Assembly: GCA_964622735.1 (NCBI GenBank)
Contig: CAZUUN010000001.1
Span: 1 to 40,833, forward strand
Direction: 5' to 3'
DNA length: 40,833 nt
From: an uncultured Burkholderiaceae bacterium
GTDB taxonomy: Bacteria > Pseudomonadota > Gammaproteobacteria > Burkholderiales > Burkholderiaceae_C
Below the pieces are notes generated by a model. That model searched no databases. It was not told where the DNA came from and saw nothing but the letters and a program-made list of their open reading frames with translations. How positions within the stretch are numbered: the stretch's first letter is position 1; the number at the start of each line of letters is the position of its first letter. Of this stretch, positions 39,375 to 40,833 are shown piece after piece. Made by a program: the position numbers and the translations under genes.

Positions 39375-40607
39375 ATGTTCATTTATCGTCTTCCCAAAAA
39401 AATCTTGTTTCTACTCACGCGCTTGCAGCGCTTTCCTTGGAGCACAACGGCACAGGTGCTGTTGGCACGCTTTCGCGAAGACAGGCTGGGTTTGACTGCC
39501 GGTAGTTTAACCTTTACCACCATCACATCCTTGGTGCCGCTGGCCACCGTAGCGCTGGCGCTGTTCTCGGTTTTCCCTCTGTTTGCGCAAGTCGAATTAG
39601 ACCTGCAACGCTGGATGGTGCAAAGCCTATTCCCCGCCATCATTGCGCAAAACGTCAGCACCTATTTGGCGCAATTCACCAGCAAGGCGGCCCAGTTGGG
39701 TTGGGCCAGCTTGGTCTTTTTATTTTTCACCGCCGTGGCACTCATGCTCACGGTGGACAACACGCTCAATAAAATCTGGCGCGTCAAAAGCAAGCGCCCC
39801 TTGAGCCAGCGCATACTCGTTTACTGGGGCGGCATCACCCTAGGTCCCTTGGTGCTGGCCGCCAGCTTGAGTTTGAGTTCTTACGCGCTGGCGCAATCGC
39901 GCAGCCTAGAAGATCTCAGCCTGAGTTTTGCGCACTTCTTACAGTTTTGCATCATCACCGCCGCCAGCACGGGCATGTATCGCTTAGTGCCCAACACCGC
40001 CGTGCGTTGGGGGCACGCCTTTGCCGGCGGTCTTTTTGTTGCCTTGGGTGTGGATATTGCAAGGCGCATGTTGAGTATTTACTTTGCAGCGATCCCCGGT
40101 GTCTCTACCATCTATGGAGCTTTTGCCACCCTGCCCATTTTGCTACTGTGGATTTACATCCTTTGGCTGATTGTGCTCTTTGGCGCGGTCATTGCCGCCT
40201 ATCTGCCCAGCATACTCACGGGTGTGGCACGCGAGAGCACCCACCCGAGTTGGCCCTTGCAAAGCGCGCTAGAAATTTTGCAACTGCTGGCACAAGCCCA
40301 GGGCTCGCCAGCCAAAGGCTTGAGCCTGGCCGAGTTGGCGCAGCAACTGCGCGTGTCCAACCTACAGATCGAGCCCATCATTGAAATGCTGCAAAGCTTG
40401 GATTGGGTGGGGCAGCTGCGCGAAGACCAAGACGCGCCGCGCTGGGTGCTGCTGGTTGACCCGACCAGCACCGCCATCACACCCCTCTTGCGCCACACCA
40501 TCCTGCCACAAGCCTTCAGCTTGAACGCCCTCAACCACAGCATAGCTGGGCTCGACTTGCACCTGAGCGACCTGTTTGCAGAGCAGCCAGCTAGGAACAG
40601 CCTTTAA
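39375..40607 (+). CDS. yihY: YihY/BrkB family inner-membrane protein (formerly 'RNase BN') with a C-terminal soluble extension
   Basis: 410 aa. REDRLGLTAGSLTFTTITSLVPL N-terminal signature and 6 TM, followed by a roughly 120-aa helix-rich tail. Confidence 0.85.
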   Translation: MFIYRLPKKILFLLTRLQRFPWSTTAQVLLARFREDRLGLTAGSLTFTTITSLVPLATVALALFSVFPLFAQVELDLQRWMVQSLFPAIIAQNVSTYLAQFTSKAAQLGWASLVFLFFTAVALMLTVDNTLNKIWRVKSKRPLSQRILVYWGGITLGPLVLAASLSLSSYALAQSRSLEDLSLSFAHFLQFCIITAASTGMYRLVPNTAVRWGHAFAGGLFVALGVDIARRMLSIYFAAIPGVSTIYGAFATLPILLLWIYILWLIVLFGAVIAAYLPSILTGVARESTHPSWPLQSALEILQLLAQAQGSPAKGLSLAELAQQLRVSNLQIEPIIEMLQSLDWVGQLREDQDAPRWVLLVDPTSTAITPLLRHTILPQAFSLNALNHSIAGLDLHLSDLFAEQPARNSL

Positions 40608-40630
40608 AGACCGTTTTTAAGGGTATTTTT

Positions 40631-40679
40631 GACACTTTAGGCCGTCAAACCTGCCTGAGCAGCTATTATTAAAATAGTG
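40631..40679 (+). repeat. dispersed intergenic repeat, copy I
   Basis: Core 40641..40665, GCCGTCAAACCTGCCTGAGCAGCTA. Lies between yihY and the tRNA-His terminator. Confidence 0.9.
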
Positions 40680-40730
40680 TGCAAGCTTGAAGCACTGCAG
40701 GCATTAGCGCCTCTCTAGCCCATGCAGCGC

Positions 40731-40769
40731 ACAAAAACAAAAACCCCGCCACCAAAAGATAGCAGGGTT
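40731..40769 (-). terminator. terminator downstream of tRNA-His
   Basis: The minus-strand RNA reads AACCCUGC-(12-nt loop)-GCGGGGUU followed by UUUGUUUUUGU. The stem contains a G-U pair that forms only on the minus-strand transcript. Confidence 0.55.
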
Positions 40770-40781
40770 CTTAAAATGATT

Positions 40782-40833
40782 TGGGGTGGCTGATGGGGCT
40801 CGAACCCACGACAACAGGAATCACAATCCTGGA
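40782..40833 (-). tRNA. tRNA-His (GTG), 3' portion; the gene runs off the window edge
   Basis: The reverse complement reads TCCAGGATTGTGATTCCTGTTGTCGTGGGTTCGAGCCCCATCAGCCACCCCA. This gives an anticodon loop TTGTGAT (GTG), a T-arm GTGGG/TTCGAGC/CCCAT and an encoded CCA. It is near-identical to the E. coli tRNA-His 3' half as remembered. Confidence 0.92.

Overview
This 40.8 kb window looks like core chromosome of a betaproteobacterium. Burkholderiales/Comamonadaceae-like is my inference from gene content and order; no search was run. It is densely coded with about 37 CDS plus a partial tRNA-His at the right edge.

Almost all genes are housekeeping:
- DUF3460-yajC-secD-secF, cysS, and a TPR/NTF2-like protein + YkuD L,D-transpeptidase + cyclophilin group, then purM.
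- obg-rpmA-rplU.
- The sdhCDAB...sdhE-gltA TCA cluster, interrupted by a Baeyer-Villiger-type flavin monooxygenase.
- A rhodanese gene and gpmA.
- A Ralstonia-type NO-detoxification locus: norR divergent from norA/ytfE-norB (qNor). Three GGT-N7-ACC NorR boxes, an IHF-like site and a -24/-12 promoter are all readable.
- ctpA, queC, a Dabb protein, a tightly packed DUF2069-lpxL-thiG-thiD/E unit, and yihY.

I see no transposase, integrase, CRISPR array, prophage, toxin-antitoxin or recognisable defence genes, and no convincing novel multi-gene system.

The most striking structure not explained by genes is a family of nine AT-flanked intergenic repeats, about one per 4.5 kb. They share a 25-nt asymmetric core, GCCGTCAAAMCTGCCTGAGCAGCTA, occur in both orientations and fall into two length classes. 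Their A/T tracts recur at roughly helical-turn spacing.

All calls rest on motif and family recognition by eye. Start codons are best guesses.
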